Assembly (NCBI GenBank): GCA_963664875.1
Contig: OY761611.1
Location: forward strand, 3,360,001 to 3,424,000
DNA: 64,000 nucleotides
Source of the DNA: Candidatus Kapaibacterium sp.
GTDB lineage: Bacteria; Bacteroidota; Ignavibacteria; Kapaibacteriales; UBA2268
Reading direction: 5' to 3'
Numbering within the stretch: the first letter of the stretch is position 1; each line of letters begins with the position of its first letter. Of the stretch, positions 50,238 to 61,121 are shown piece after piece. The translations under genes were made by a program, and so were the position numbers. The notes under the pieces are model-generated. The model saw only the letters and a program-made list of their open reading frames with translations, ran no database searches and was not told the origin of the DNA.

Positions 50238-53200
50238 CTACCTCACCACCATTACTTTGCGTCTCTCGACATAAGTAGGTGTTTTGAATTGCAATATATA
50301 CTGACCTGAGCCTATTTCGGAGATGTCTTGGATTATTTGTCTATCCTGAAAATCTGAAATATCTTCAGCAAAAAATGTAGCAACGGTTTTCCCAAGCATA
50401 TTTACTAATGTTATTTCTGTATAACCTGCTTCGATGACAGAGAAGTCAATTTGTATGCGATTTTCAGCCGGGTTAGGGGAAAGGTTGGAGATGCCGACTA
50501 TTCCATCAGGATTGAAGAAGCGTTTACCACCCTCTTCGCAAAGATCTATTAGCTTTAGACTGCCAGGTTTTGTATTGATAAGAAGCATTTTGTCTTTAGC
50601 AGTTATTTCTGAAAAAAGAATTGGGCTGACTTCTTTATCACCTAACATAATAGAGAAAGGCATCATTGCAAGAGTGTCGCCAATATTTTTGTTAACGTCG
50701 AACTCGTTAAAAGTAATATGTCCCTGATTCAAATGAATTTCTGCCAGCTCGTTAGTTGGCAGCATCACATAGCTGTTAAATTCAATTTTAGCTGCCATCC
50801 CATCGGAAACAAGTTTGTGCAAATTGAGTGTATCAACTAAAATTATTGGTAGATTTATAGTTTCGCCAGCACGCGCTTCTAAGTCAGGTATAGAAATAGA
50901 TATTGTCGGAGTTTGTGCTTCAATTGCTTCACCAAACACGTTGACAATAGCAGGATTAGCAGATAAGTGATGCAAAATTTCAATATATGAATCTTTAGTG
51001 CCTACTGTTTGCGGATAGAAATCTAAATCTACAAACAATGTGTCCCCTTCTGCTAAGGTAGTGCTTACAAATCCCATTCCTGTTTCAAAGTCTATCACAT
51101 CAGTTCCCTGTATTGTCACTTGAGATAGTATCAAATCTTCTGTTCCGGTATTAACAAGTATTGGAATATTTGTGCTGTCAACTCTTTGCCCGAGCTCGAT
51201 AGTTCCGTAATCTATGTTGTCTGTTATGATTTCCATGCCTTCACTTGTGCTTCTGCCTATTACATTTCTAATAATTGTATCAGACTGGCAGACCATATAG
51301 AGATTAGTCTGTTTGTTACCTGTGCTTGTAGGTTTAAACGTTATATCTAAATCAAGTTGCTCATCTTTAGAAAGATAGAAAGGAACTGAAAGATTTTTTA
51401 TTTCAAACTGATCAAAATCACCTTTTGCCAAAAAGACATTTTCAACTTTGTTTTCGTACAAGCCGGAATTATGGAAATACTCTGATACAGTTGAATCGTT
51501 TGCCGTTCCAACCGGCTGGTCAGCAAATACTATATCTTCTATGTCAACAGTATTTCTTGCATAGCCTTCAGCATGTAAAGCTACCTGATGTGGCGAACCC
51601 GAAGCATCATGATAGAATAGCAGAAGTCCGGAAGTTCTACCAATGGAATTTGCCGTATATGCTAAATCCATACGACATGTATCCCCAGGATTAAGAGTGA
51701 AAGGTCCTGCACCTTTGATGGTGGTAAAATCTGTTGCATTCGGAAAAGCGTGTTCTGTTTTTGAAATATTTACAGGGAAGTTACCCACATTGGTTATTGT
51801 AACAGCGTCTAATGTGTCGCGAGTATCTCCTATATACACCCGACCAAAATCTATATCTTCATTCACTACTAGAACTTTGGGTTCTACACCTTCGCCACGG
51901 ATGTTCTGAAATATAGTGTCTGCTTGAGATACAATGACAATTCTTGCTTTATACTCTCTAACTTCTGTAGGTGCAAACTTAAATTCTGCCCATTGATCTT
52001 CGTCTTGGAGTACTGTATATTTTGGTAAAGGGCCATTGAGTGCAAAATATTGATCATCAGAACCTGTAAAATATATTGAATCAATTCGACATTGCCACTT
52101 TCCATTGTTCGCAATAAATTTATTTACAACAGAATCTTTACGTGTATTGATTACTACTTTGCCCATATCTATATCTTGGCTTTCTATTTTTGGAATTACG
52201 ATAGAGAAGAGAGAATCTGATGTGTCAAATTGATCAAAAGTGCCTCCATCATCCAAAAGCCATATTCTTGCTTTTGATTTGCTGTTACCGTATGCGATTC
52301 TGCTTCCATCAGGACTCCATTCAACAGAGTAAATATAGCCTTCATTATTTTCAATTGAATATAGAACTTTACCTGTTGCTGTATTAAATATTGTAATGGG
52401 TCCGGTAAAACTAGATGTAGCAATCATATTACCATCCGGATTCCAACTAAGATAATTTATTGGGAAATCAAGATCATTAAGAATATTCAGAATAGTTCCT
52501 AAATTAGCATCCCAAAGAATGACATATTTGTCACTGCTTGCTGTTGCAACTTTACTATCGTCAGGACTCCACCCTAGGTGATTAACAGATCCCAAATGTG
52601 ATTTTAACTCTAACAGATTGATCCCGGTATTGGCATCCCAAATAACAGCAGTTTTATCAGAACTTGCAGTTGCAATTTTAGAACCGTCATGACTCCATGC
52701 GAGATGATTGACTACATCTGTATGTTTTGTAAGTAGATACAAGAGACTTCCGGAATTAACATCCCAAATAGCTGCTGTTTTATCGTCACTAGCAGTTGCG
52801 ACCCTCGAGCCATCGGGACTCCAAGAAACAATATTAACGTCTCGTTTGTGTACATTCAAGGTATGAAGAAGAGTACCAGTGGAAACATCCCAAATAGTAG
52901 CAGTATGATCATCACTCACTGTGGCAACACGAGACCCATCAGGACTCCAGCATATTTGACTTACTTTGCTCGATATGTGCTTTAAAGTTTTGAGCTGTTC
53001 TCCTGTTTCTGCATTCCAAATCCTTCCTGTACTGTCATAACTAGCCGTTGCTACTTTGGATCCACCAGGACTCCAACTTATATATGAAATTATTCCTTTA
53101 TGCCCTTCTAATATTGTCCGAATCGATCCTATATTAGCATCCCATATTAAGCTTCTGAAGTTTAAACCTGTAGTTGCTATCATGTTCCCGTCTGGACTCC

Positions 53201-55721
53201 AACTTGTTATGTCTCCATTTGGTCCTTCCAATGAATAAATAAGTTGACCTGATTGTGCATCCCAAATTATAGCTCTATGGTCACTGCCTGCAGTTGCAAG
53301 TCTATACCCGTCCGGACTCCAACGTATTTTGTTGATATTCGATTCATGTTTGTCTAATGCAAGAAGTAGTTGGCCAGAATCGGCATCCCAAATAGCCGCA
53401 GTTTTATCATAACTAGCCGTTGCGACCCTCGAGCCATCGGGACTCCAACTTATGTGACTGACAGCATATGAATGATATTTAAGTGATTGCAATAGTTTAC
53501 CAGAATTAGCATCCCAAATAGCCGCAGTATTGTCTCGACTTGCTGTAGCTAATTTTTGGCCATCTGGGCTCCACTTTGTATAGTAAATCAGCCCATCGTG
53601 TCCATTTAGTGTATATAAAAGATTTCCATTACTTGTATCCCAAATTTTGCTTGTACTGTCATTATCGGAAGCGGCTAACTTCGAACCATCCGGGCTCCAG
53701 CTGCAAGTAAAGCCATAACTATTTACACCCTCTTTCTGTCCTTGTAAAGTAAGGAGAAGATTCCCAGTATTTACTTCCCAAATTTTAGTAGAGCAGTTAC
53801 TACTCATTGTTGCCAATTTTAAGTCGTCCGGACTCCAGCTAAGATGAGCCAAAAAACCGTTTTGATCTTCCAATGATAAAATTAGAAGACCAGATTCTGC
53901 ATCCCAAATTTTACATGTTTTATCACTACTGCAAGTTGCAAATTTAGTCCCGCTGTTATTGAAACACACATAGTTGATATCAGCATAATGTCCGTTTAAA
54001 GTGAAGAGCAATTGACCTGAAGCAATATCCCACATTTTTGTAGATTCATTACTGTTTGTGACTATTTTGGTACCATCCGGACTCCAAGAAACATGGCGGA
54101 CTGAACTTAAATAACCACTAAGAACAAGCAAACGTTTTCCTGTAAAAGTATTCCAAATAGCAACAGTTCTGTCTGTACTGGCAGTTGCAATTTTGGTACC
54201 ATCCGGACTCCAGTTCATATCATTGATAGAGCCATCATGCCCAGCTAAAAGATGTTGGAGTCTCATAGTATCTTTTTGTGGTACATTATTATTTATTTTA
54301 CTTACTTTTACTCTACATTCGGAACTTTCAGGAGTTGGAATGTTTTGCCAGTTATATGATAATCCATTTGCATTCTTAGTTATCACGTTCCAAGATGCAC
54401 CGTCGTTATATGTATACGATAATTCAACTGTATCGGACGGTAAAATACCTTCCCAGGTGATTAGTGTATCACTTCCTGCCAAAAATATTTCACCTCCATT
54501 TGGATGGATTAGTCTCAAAGTTGGGGATGAATTTTTATAGTCTATATATCCGGCAGTTGAATAAAATCTAAAGTTACAGAAGTCAGTTTCAATATCGAAA
54601 GGTGCATAAGAAAAGTTACTATCAACCGGAGTAAAACTCAGAGTTAAATCTTTACTTTCTCCCTCTGCAAGTGTAAATGATTTTGGAGTTATACTAAAAA
54701 GAGGATTTTTGCAAATAAAATCTGTCACTGTGAAGTCTCCAAGTTCTGCTGTAACTGTTATTGTAGTATCTGCTTGTACTCCAATAGTTTTATTCTTAAA
54801 AAAGATAGCACTTGGAGAAATAGTAATTCTTCTAATCGATTTGTCTGGAGTATTATAGTAACAAATATCCTGAAGGTTTAGCGATTGTATATCTATAGTA
54901 ACTTTTATGTTTTGAGAAAAACACTGGTAATTACTCTCCCATTCTAAAGTACATGCATAATTTCCTTGTTCAATCTGCAAAATATTGTTATATACTTCTT
55001 TTGCTTCTTGAATGGTAGTTACATTTTCAAACCACTTGCCACCTGTCTGTTCCGATATGTTTTTTAATATGTCTGGACAATTGAATCCCAAAGTAACACA
55101 GTATATCGTTGCCCCTAAGCTTTGCGCCTTTGTTATTATTTTGTTCTCATTTCCAATAGCCATACCATCCGTAATAAGAACCAATATTTTTTTATATTTT
55201 GCTTTTTCTAAAGCGAGTAAACCACCAGCAAGAGGGTTAATAAAAGCAGCATCGAAATCTGTTCCTCCATCCGCACCTAAATTATCTAACTTATTTAAAA
55301 GTAGAACTTTGTCAGAAGTAAAATCTTGAAGGTACTGATTTTTTGTATTAAATGAAGTAACAGCGCATTCGGATTTACCTTCAGGAAGGGCTTTTATCCA
55401 AGCACTTGCTGCTTCTTTTGCTATTTCAATTTTATTTCCTTGCATAGAACCGCTTACATCTATGCTTAAAACACTTGAAATAGGTTTTATTTCAGAATGG
55501 TCTGGGCAGCTTACATTTATAACATTCCTTACTTCACCATTTTCTATAATCTGAAAATCTGATTTACTAAGATTGGTAATTTGATTCCAATTCTCATCTG
55601 TTGCATAAAACTTTGCTCGCATAATCGGGAAGTCTGTGGTGTCAACATCGAAAACAGAGAGAGATTGGCTACCTGCTTGGTATATCAAAATCAGGAATAA
55701 GAACAATATGATTTTTTGCAT
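50238..55721 (-). CDS. Secreted vWA, WD40-repeat and ASH (choice-of-anchor D-like) protein with T9SS C-terminal domain
   Basis: True start MQKIILF at 55721, same as its paralog; DVSGSM; many WSPDG..ATAS.D.T..IWD repeats; C-terminal domain shared with 46076..50104. Confidence 0.88.
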   Translation of the reverse strand: MQKIILFLFLILIYQAGSQSLSVFDVDTTDFPIMRAKFYATDENWNQITNLSKSDFQIIENGEVRNVINVSCPDHSEIKPISSVLSIDVSGSMQGNKIEIAKEAASAWIKALPEGKSECAVTSFNTKNQYLQDFTSDKVLLLNKLDNLGADGGTDFDAAFINPLAGGLLALEKAKYKKILVLITDGMAIGNENKIITKAQSLGATIYCVTLGFNCPDILKNISEQTGGKWFENVTTIQEAKEVYNNILQIEQGNYACTLEWESNYQCFSQNIKVTIDIQSLNLQDICYYNTPDKSIRRITISPSAIFFKNKTIGVQADTTITVTAELGDFTVTDFICKNPLFSITPKSFTLAEGESKDLTLSFTPVDSNFSYAPFDIETDFCNFRFYSTAGYIDYKNSSPTLRLIHPNGGEIFLAGSDTLITWEGILPSDTVELSYTYNDGASWNVITKNANGLSYNWQNIPTPESSECRVKVSKINNNVPQKDTMRLQHLLAGHDGSINDMNWSPDGTKIATASTDRTVAIWNTFTGKRLLVLSGYLSSVRHVSWSPDGTKIVTNSNESTKMWDIASGQLLFTLNGHYADINYVCFNNSGTKFATCSSDKTCKIWDAESGLLILSLEDQNGFLAHLSWSPDDLKLATMSSNCSTKIWEVNTGNLLLTLQGQKEGVNSYGFTCSWSPDGSKLAASDNDSTSKIWDTSNGNLLYTLNGHDGLIYYTKWSPDGQKLATASRDNTAAIWDANSGKLLQSLKYHSYAVSHISWSPDGSRVATASYDKTAAIWDADSGQLLLALDKHESNINKIRWSPDGYRLATAGSDHRAIIWDAQSGQLIYSLEGPNGDITSWSPDGNMIATTGLNFRSLIWDANIGSIRTILEGHKGIISYISWSPGGSKVATASYDSTGRIWNAETGEQLKTLKHISSKVSQICWSPDGSRVATVSDDHTATIWDVSTGTLLHTLNVHKRDVNIVSWSPDGSRVATASDDKTAAIWDVNSGSLLYLLTKHTDVVNHLAWSHDGSKIATASSDKTAVIWDANTGINLLELKSHLGSVNHLGWSPDDSKVATASSDKYVILWDANLGTILNILNDLDFPINYLSWNPDGNMIATSSFTGPITIFNTATGKVLYSIENNEGYIYSVEWSPDGSRIAYGNSKSKARIWLLDDGGTFDQFDTSDSLFSIVIPKIESQDIDMGKVVINTRKDSVVNKFIANNGKWQCRIDSIYFTGSDDQYFALNGPLPKYTVLQDEDQWAEFKFAPTEVREYKARIVIVSQADTIFQNIRGEGVEPKVLVVNEDIDFGRVYIGDTRDTLDAVTITNVGNFPVNISKTEHAFPNATDFTTIKGAGPFTLNPGDTCRMDLAYTANSIGRTSGLLLFYHDASGSPHQVALHAEGYARNTVDIEDIVFADQPVGTANDSTVSEYFHNSGLYENKVENVFLAKGDFDQFEIKNLSVPFYLSKDEQLDLDITFKPTSTGNKQTNLYMVCQSDTIIRNVIGRSTSEGMEIITDNIDYGTIELGQRVDSTNIPILVNTGTEDLILSQVTIQGTDVIDFETGMGFVSTTLAEGDTLFVDLDFYPQTVGTKDSYIEILHHLSANPAIVNVFGEAIEAQTPTISISIPDLEARAGETINLPIILVDTLNLHKLVSDGMAAKIEFNSYVMLPTNELAEIHLNQGHITFNEFDVNKNIGDTLAMMPFSIMLGDKEVSPILFSEITAKDKMLLINTKPGSLKLIDLCEEGGKRFFNPDGIVGISNLSPNPAENRIQIDFSVIEAGYTEITLVNMLGKTVATFFAEDISDFQDRQIIQDISEIGSGQYILQFKTPTYVERRKVMVVR

Positions 55722-55827
55722 AATTATACTATATACGGTGATAAAAACATCACAATATACAGATTTGATTTGTAATAATATGAGGATTAATTGAAAAAAT
55801 GCAAAAATATATGTTCTATTATCATAC

Positions 55828-55860
55828 AAAAAAGCAGGATAAACTAACATTTTATCCTGC
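55828..55860 (-). terminator. Intrinsic terminator
   Basis: Minus strand GCAGGATAAA...TTTATCCTGC followed by T6. Confidence 0.75.
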
Positions 55861-55891
55861 CAAAACTTAATATTGCGATATTTCTTGTAGT

Positions 55892-57550
55892 TTAGAGTAA
55901 GATTAGGACAAGTATTTGCGCCATCAGTACTCTTAGGAACATTACCAGCGGATATACAGTAGCGTAAGCTGTAGATTGTGCCTGGATTGGAGCCAGCGAA
56001 TTTGCAAACTCTAAGGCAGGTGGGTCGGTCATGGAACCTGCTAATAGCCCACTGATTGTTAAATAATTCATTTTGCGCATTCTTGCTATTGTGCCTACAA
56101 TAATGAGGGGTATAAATGTGATAGCTGCACCATAGATCATCCACATATAACCACCGTTGACAAGAGTATCGACGAAATACTTACCTGATGATAATCCGAC
56201 GCAAGCCAAAAACAAAATTATTCCCAATTCTCTAATAAACAAATTCGAGCTTGGAGTCATGTAAAAATCCAATTTCCCGATTTTTCCTTTGTGTCCGAGC
56301 AGCAAAGCAACAAGCAAAGGGCCGCCTGCCAATCCTAACTTTGCCGGAGCAGGGAGTCCGGGGAGGGCTATAGGAATCGAGCCTATGACTATACCAAGGA
56401 ATATACCAATTAGTATAGGGATAATGTTCGGATGAGATAAATCCCTCATAGAATTACCCAACTCGTTGGCTACATCGGTAAGAGCCTCTCTCTGACCGAC
56501 AATTCGAACTGTATCGCCAAATTCTACTGTATCTTCACGAGAGGCGAGATGTTCTATACCTGATCTGAAAATTCTTGTGATATTCACCGGATATCTTTTG
56601 TAAATGCCGATTTCTTCGATAGTTTTACCGGCAATTTTTTTGTTGGTAACCAGTACATGTTTCATGCCCATTGGGCCGGTCATTTCTATTTTATCACGTT
56701 TTGTAACGCTTCCTACCTGTAGTTCCAGATTCGTAGTGTGATCCAAATCGCAGGCACCATAAAGCTCATCGCCATCTTTTATCATCAGATCATCTGTAGG
56801 AGCAATAAATTCATCTCCACGTTTGATTCTCGAAACGGCAAGCTCTTTATCAACTATATTATTTATAAAAGCTAAGGGTTTATTGAATAAGTTCTGATTT
56901 GTTACACGTACGATAACAGCCTGAATTTTCCCGGCAGACTGCATTACTTCGTCTCGATATTTTTGCATTTCATCATCGACGGAGATGCGAAAGATCAGTC
57001 TGATAAGCACAATTGTAATTATTATACCAAAAATGCCAAACGGATAAGCTACAGCGTAACCCATACCTATCATCCCGGCATCAGTGCTCATTGGCATTTG
57101 TTCGGCAATCACCTGCTGAGCAGCACCAAGACTGGGTGTGTTGGTAACAGCACCGCACATGACACCAACTATCACGGGGATAGGCACTCCGAATGCAAAG
57201 TGGATAATAAAAGCAATAGCTACGCCAAGAAGTACGATAGAAGCTGCAAGGGTATTGGCAAGTACTCCATTATTCCTTAGAGAACTTAGGAAACGGGGAC
57301 CAACTTCGAGACCGATTGAATAAACAAATAAAATCAATCCGAACTCTTTCACAAAATGAAGAAGATGAGGATCAATCTCTGCTCCAAGATGACCAACTAA
57401 CAAACCGGAAAAAAGCACTCCGGCGATGCCAAGTTTGATATTAAAAATTTTGATTTTGCCCAAAAGCACACCGAATATTCCGGCAAAACTTAGGTACAAT
57501 AGGGCAGAGGCTGTACCGGTCTTGGTAAATAAATCTAAAATCTCAGACAT
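55892..57550 (-). CDS. AspT/YidE/YbjL-family transporter with two TrkA-C domains (CbtD-like)
   Basis: FGLILFVYSIGLEVGP, GAVTNTPSLGAAQ, GYAVAYPFG, LGLAGGPL, GSMTDPPAL, YATVYP. Confidence 0.9.
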   Translation of the reverse strand: MSEILDLFTKTGTASALLYLSFAGIFGVLLGKIKIFNIKLGIAGVLFSGLLVGHLGAEIDPHLLHFVKEFGLILFVYSIGLEVGPRFLSSLRNNGVLANTLAASIVLLGVAIAFIIHFAFGVPIPVIVGVMCGAVTNTPSLGAAQQVIAEQMPMSTDAGMIGMGYAVAYPFGIFGIIITIVLIRLIFRISVDDEMQKYRDEVMQSAGKIQAVIVRVTNQNLFNKPLAFINNIVDKELAVSRIKRGDEFIAPTDDLMIKDGDELYGACDLDHTTNLELQVGSVTKRDKIEMTGPMGMKHVLVTNKKIAGKTIEEIGIYKRYPVNITRIFRSGIEHLASREDTVEFGDTVRIVGQREALTDVANELGNSMRDLSHPNIIPILIGIFLGIVIGSIPIALPGLPAPAKLGLAGGPLLVALLLGHKGKIGKLDFYMTPSSNLFIRELGIILFLACVGLSSGKYFVDTLVNGGYMWMIYGAAITFIPLIIVGTIARMRKMNYLTISGLLAGSMTDPPALEFANSLAPIQAQSTAYATVYPLVMFLRVLMAQILVLILL

Positions 57551-57750
57551 TTGATTTGAAAGTGTATTAGTGTATAATTAGTGATTATATGCTACTGTTT
57601 TCGATGTAACCTGTCACTTATATTCTTTAAGTATATACAATAAATAGAATTAGGGAAGTATAAAGAAAGAAAAACAAAACAATACATAAGTATATTGAAT
57701 TCATAATTAGATCCTTGGAACGCGAAAGCCTAATTCAAATTATTAAATAT

Positions 57751-57916
57751 AAAAGAGACAGGTCTCCCGGCTTTTCCTCTGCTTTTGCCGCCTTCCCATT
57801 TCAATGCTTGAAACAGTGACATAATGGCAAACAGTTTGTATATGGAATTTACGGTTGCGCGTCAGCCCGTGATTTACACACGGTTCCCTATTAAATTCAC
57901 AGGAATATCTCTTTTT
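57751..57916 (-). ncRNA. Cobalamin riboswitch
   Basis: Minus strand TAATAGGGAA-CCGTGTGTAAATCACGG-GCTGACGCGCAACCGTAA...GTCACTG...GGGAAGGC...AAGCCGGGAGACCTG (B12 box), closed by AAAAGAGA/TCTCTTTT. Confidence 0.9.
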
Positions 57917-58236
57917 AGAATACTGCACTTTGGTGCGAACTCAAATATAGTACATCGTACCAAATATTAAAAAATATAATAATTAATTATCGAACTTCTG
58001 CCAATTACAGATTTTGCAGAGGAATTATCTCTGATTTTAACCGAATATTGATTTGTGTTTTACTGACATATAAGCTCCCTCTAAGAAAGTACAATCAAAA
58101 ATTTGTAGCTTAAAATCGCAATGTCTCTGAGCAGAATATCTCCTAATCGTACGCTGTTAAAGAAATTATGTATTTATTTGAAGTAATTTGCGTAATATTG
58201 CAGTAATTTTTTTGTATTACCTTTGGGCTTCCCGAT

Positions 58237-59367
58237 TTGAAGGCATTTTTGTTTGTAGCTGTTTTGTTTTTAGTTTTATCTTGTGGCGAGACTGAAAGTC
58301 CCGAGCAGTTGAGACAAAAAGCACACACAGCTGATAGTTTGAAGGCAATTCGTAGTGATTCAATCGCAAGATTTGAATTCATAAATAAACTGGAAAACCG
58401 TTTTGATACTGTTAGGTATCTTACTACTGTAATCCAAGACAAAGAACATCTTCAAAAAATCAAATCAGACTGGCAGTGGCTCAAAGAAGATCCATTACCC
58501 AATAAGATTTTTATCACTCTCAACCGAAAAGAGATGCACTTTCTGAGAGTGGGAGATACTATTGTAGTGCCTGATACAGTAATAAATGACATTAGGGCAT
58601 ATTCAGTATTTCCGCAAGTATATTATGCTGCAAAAGATATTCCGAAAATAATAATGGTTTCTAATAAATACCAAGCTTATGCCTGCTACGAAAATGGAGA
58701 GCTTGTCAGATTTGCAGCCTGCAACACAGGAAAAGAAAGGACTCCTACCTTCCCCGGGCGATACGCTTTGACATGGAAGGAAAGGGAAAGGCGTTCATCT
58801 TTAGATAGCAACTGGGTAATGCCTTATACTTGGAATTTTCATCCTTATGCGGGAAATGCTTTTCATCAGTTCGCTATGCCGGGCAGACCGGTTTCGCATT
58901 CGTGTGTAAGGCAATTTTTGAGTGATGCAAAATGGCTTTACACTTGGGGTGAACCACAAAAAAGAGATACAGCACGCAAGCCGATTCCATTTTCCGGTAC
59001 TCCAGTTATTATAATAGATATTTTTGATTATTCGAGAAAGAGGTTTGGTCCTTGGCTGGACTTAGAAAGCAATTTTGAACTCATAGATTCCTTACCACAC
59101 AACCCTATGGAAGTAGAGGAAGCTCTGATACCTTTCTGCCAAATACCTCACAGTAGCCGCTGGCACTACGCAGGGAAAAAGAAGTTTGTATATGCAGAAG
59201 ATACTCTAAGAGCAAGAGGAATCATAAGAGAAGGAGTAAAACTCATAGAATCGGTTAATTTCAACGAAAAACGAAGAAAAGAAAAAGCTCGCAAAGAGAA
59301 ACTCAAAAAATTGGAAGAAGAAAAGAAAAAGGCTGAATCGAATCATCAAGATACAATACAATCATAA
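58237..59367 (+). CDS. L,D-transpeptidase (YkuD) lipoprotein
   Basis: VLSC lipobox; CNTGK..TPT; catalytic HQFAMPGRPVSHSCVR. Confidence 0.85.
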   Translation: MKAFLFVAVLFLVLSCGETESPEQLRQKAHTADSLKAIRSDSIARFEFINKLENRFDTVRYLTTVIQDKEHLQKIKSDWQWLKEDPLPNKIFITLNRKEMHFLRVGDTIVVPDTVINDIRAYSVFPQVYYAAKDIPKIIMVSNKYQAYACYENGELVRFAACNTGKERTPTFPGRYALTWKERERRSSLDSNWVMPYTWNFHPYAGNAFHQFAMPGRPVSHSCVRQFLSDAKWLYTWGEPQKRDTARKPIPFSGTPVIIIDIFDYSRKRFGPWLDLESNFELIDSLPHNPMEVEEALIPFCQIPHSSRWHYAGKKKFVYAEDTLRARGIIREGVKLIESVNFNEKRRKEKARKEKLKKLEEEKKKAESNHQDTIQS

Positions 59368-59375
59368 GGAAAAAA

Positions 59376-60263
59376 ATGAAAGCATGGAAAGCTGAGCTGC
59401 TTCTTGTTGTAATGACGCTAATATGGGGAGCTACATTTACTTTCACAAAACAAGGTTTGGACGACACAACGCCATTCTTGTATATAATACTAAGATTTAC
59501 ATTAGCCTTGCTGTTATCCGGCATAGCTTTTAGAAAATACATAGGCTTGATAGATGCCAAAATGGCTAAACAAGGGATCATTCTTGGTCTTTTTTTTGGT
59601 GGGGGCTTTCTTCTCCAGACTTTAGGTCTTAGTCTGACAGAGGCTTCAAAGTCGGGCTTCATAACGGGTATAACTGTAGTCATTACTCCATTTGTGTTTT
59701 CACTTATCGAGAAGAAAAGTGTACGTTTTTGGAGTAAGGTAGGAGTAGTGATAGCTGCACCCGGACTTTGGCTATTCAGTGATCCTGACATCAATAATAT
59801 AAATTTTGGGGATGTCCTTACTCTCATTTCTACTTTCTTTTGGGCATTTTATATAGTATATATGGACATATTTACAAAAGACAGAAACAGGAAAGGAGAA
59901 AGCGGTGCGATGGTAATTTTGCAGTATGTAGGTGCGTTACCACTGACTATCGTTGCATTTTTAATTTTTGAGCTGCCCTCAGGAGTGCATTTGAATCCTA
60001 CATTAAATTTACTTACCTCAGTTCTTTTTAATGGAATTATGGCGTCCTTTATCGTTACAATCATCCACACCAGCGTACAAAAATACTCGTCACCTGTAAA
60101 AGCTGCCCTTATATTCGCATTAGAGCCTGTATTTGCAGCCATCTTTGCATTTGCAATATTGGGAGAGATAATGACAGGAAGAGAGTATTTCGGTGCAGTA
60201 ATACTATTAGGTGGCGTGATTATCTCTGAAGTTGGAGGCTTTTTTTCAGATAAATCGAAATAA
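59376..60263 (+). CDS. DMT/EamA family transporter
   Basis: IWGATF, LRF, LQTLGL, GDVLTL, LEPVFA; about ten hydrophobic segments. Confidence 0.92.
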   Translation: MKAWKAELLLVVMTLIWGATFTFTKQGLDDTTPFLYIILRFTLALLLSGIAFRKYIGLIDAKMAKQGIILGLFFGGGFLLQTLGLSLTEASKSGFITGITVVITPFVFSLIEKKSVRFWSKVGVVIAAPGLWLFSDPDINNINFGDVLTLISTFFWAFYIVYMDIFTKDRNRKGESGAMVILQYVGALPLTIVAFLIFELPSGVHLNPTLNLLTSVLFNGIMASFIVTIIHTSVQKYSSPVKAALIFALEPVFAAIFAFAILGEIMTGREYFGAVILLGGVIISEVGGFFSDKSK

Positions 60264-60279
60264 TACTCTATTCCTGATT

Positions 60280-60614
60280 TGTCATTAGAAACCTAACTTA
60301 CTTGTTACTATACTTATTGTCTATTAAGAATACAATTTGTAGTTGTATATAATACTTACGTGTTGCGTTATTGAAGAGGCTGTCTCAGAAGTCTGAGTTT
60401 TGTCATACTCTGTTGTAAAAGTAGAGGAAAAACAAATGTTATATTTTCTTCTACCGCAAGCTAAAGCATGCGGTTGCAATGAGTTACGCAAGTGCAACCG
60501 ACTGCTTTAGCTGTCGGTAAAACTTACAAACAGCGAGAATATGATGCAAATTTTGACTTATGAGACTGCCTCCCAATACACAAGATAAAAACTTAATTAG
60601 GTTATGAAATGACA
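60280..60614. mobile_element. MITE (inner element 60376..60572 within outer IR TGTCATTAGAAACCTA)
   Basis: Inner TIRs GAGGCTGTCTCAGAAGTC and GACTTATGAGACTGCCTC; near-identical to 9712..9908. Confidence 0.8.
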
Positions 60615-60772
60615 TTTTTGAATCTATTCGACAATTTTGTGATACCTAATCGACAGTATTGTATAGATTTTACAATTCTTATTTTCTCTTCGCAATTCAC
60701 AAACTCGCTCTGAATGGGAGTCTCGAGAGTTTGTTTTTATTGGCATAAATTTTGAATTTTCTTAAATAGGAG

Positions 60773-61060
60773 ATGTTTATGCTAAAATATTTTTATACTG
60801 CTCTTTTGCTTATATTCTGTTTGATTTGCACCTCAGACGCTTATCAAAACAGAAATCAAAACAAAACAAAAGCGAATAAGCAGAGCGATACTACCAAGCT
60901 AGTAAGCTCTGCTGATACATTGAAGTGTTGCAAAGATACAACACAGAGATGCGATACATTCATAGACAAAGACGGCGATGGTATAAATGATAACCGATGC
61001 CGAGGCTTTGGAGTTTGCAAACACAAGAATCAACACAAAGAAAAAAAACGCTCAAAATAG
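60773..61060 (+). CDS. Small secreted protein with a DxDGDGxxD motif
   Basis: AGGAG RBS, signal peptide, FIDKDGDGINDNR, basic C-terminus. Confidence 0.7.
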   Translation: MFMLKYFYTALLLIFCLICTSDAYQNRNQNKTKANKQSDTTKLVSSADTLKCCKDTTQRCDTFIDKDGDGINDNRCRGFGVCKHKNQHKEKKRSK

Positions 61061-61121
61061 TTTCACATAATGCAATAGATTAATCCTTATTCGTTTTTTA
61101 CTAAAATGCAAGGATTGATTT

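Noticed and set aside
52260-54240. Periodic GGACTCCA/ATCCCAAAT nucleotide repeats
   Set aside because: Fully explained by in-frame WD40 protein repeats
55722-56144. 141-aa N-terminal extension of the 1968-aa ORF
   Set aside because: It overlaps the transporter gene and its terminator; the paralog shows the real start is MQKIILF at 55721
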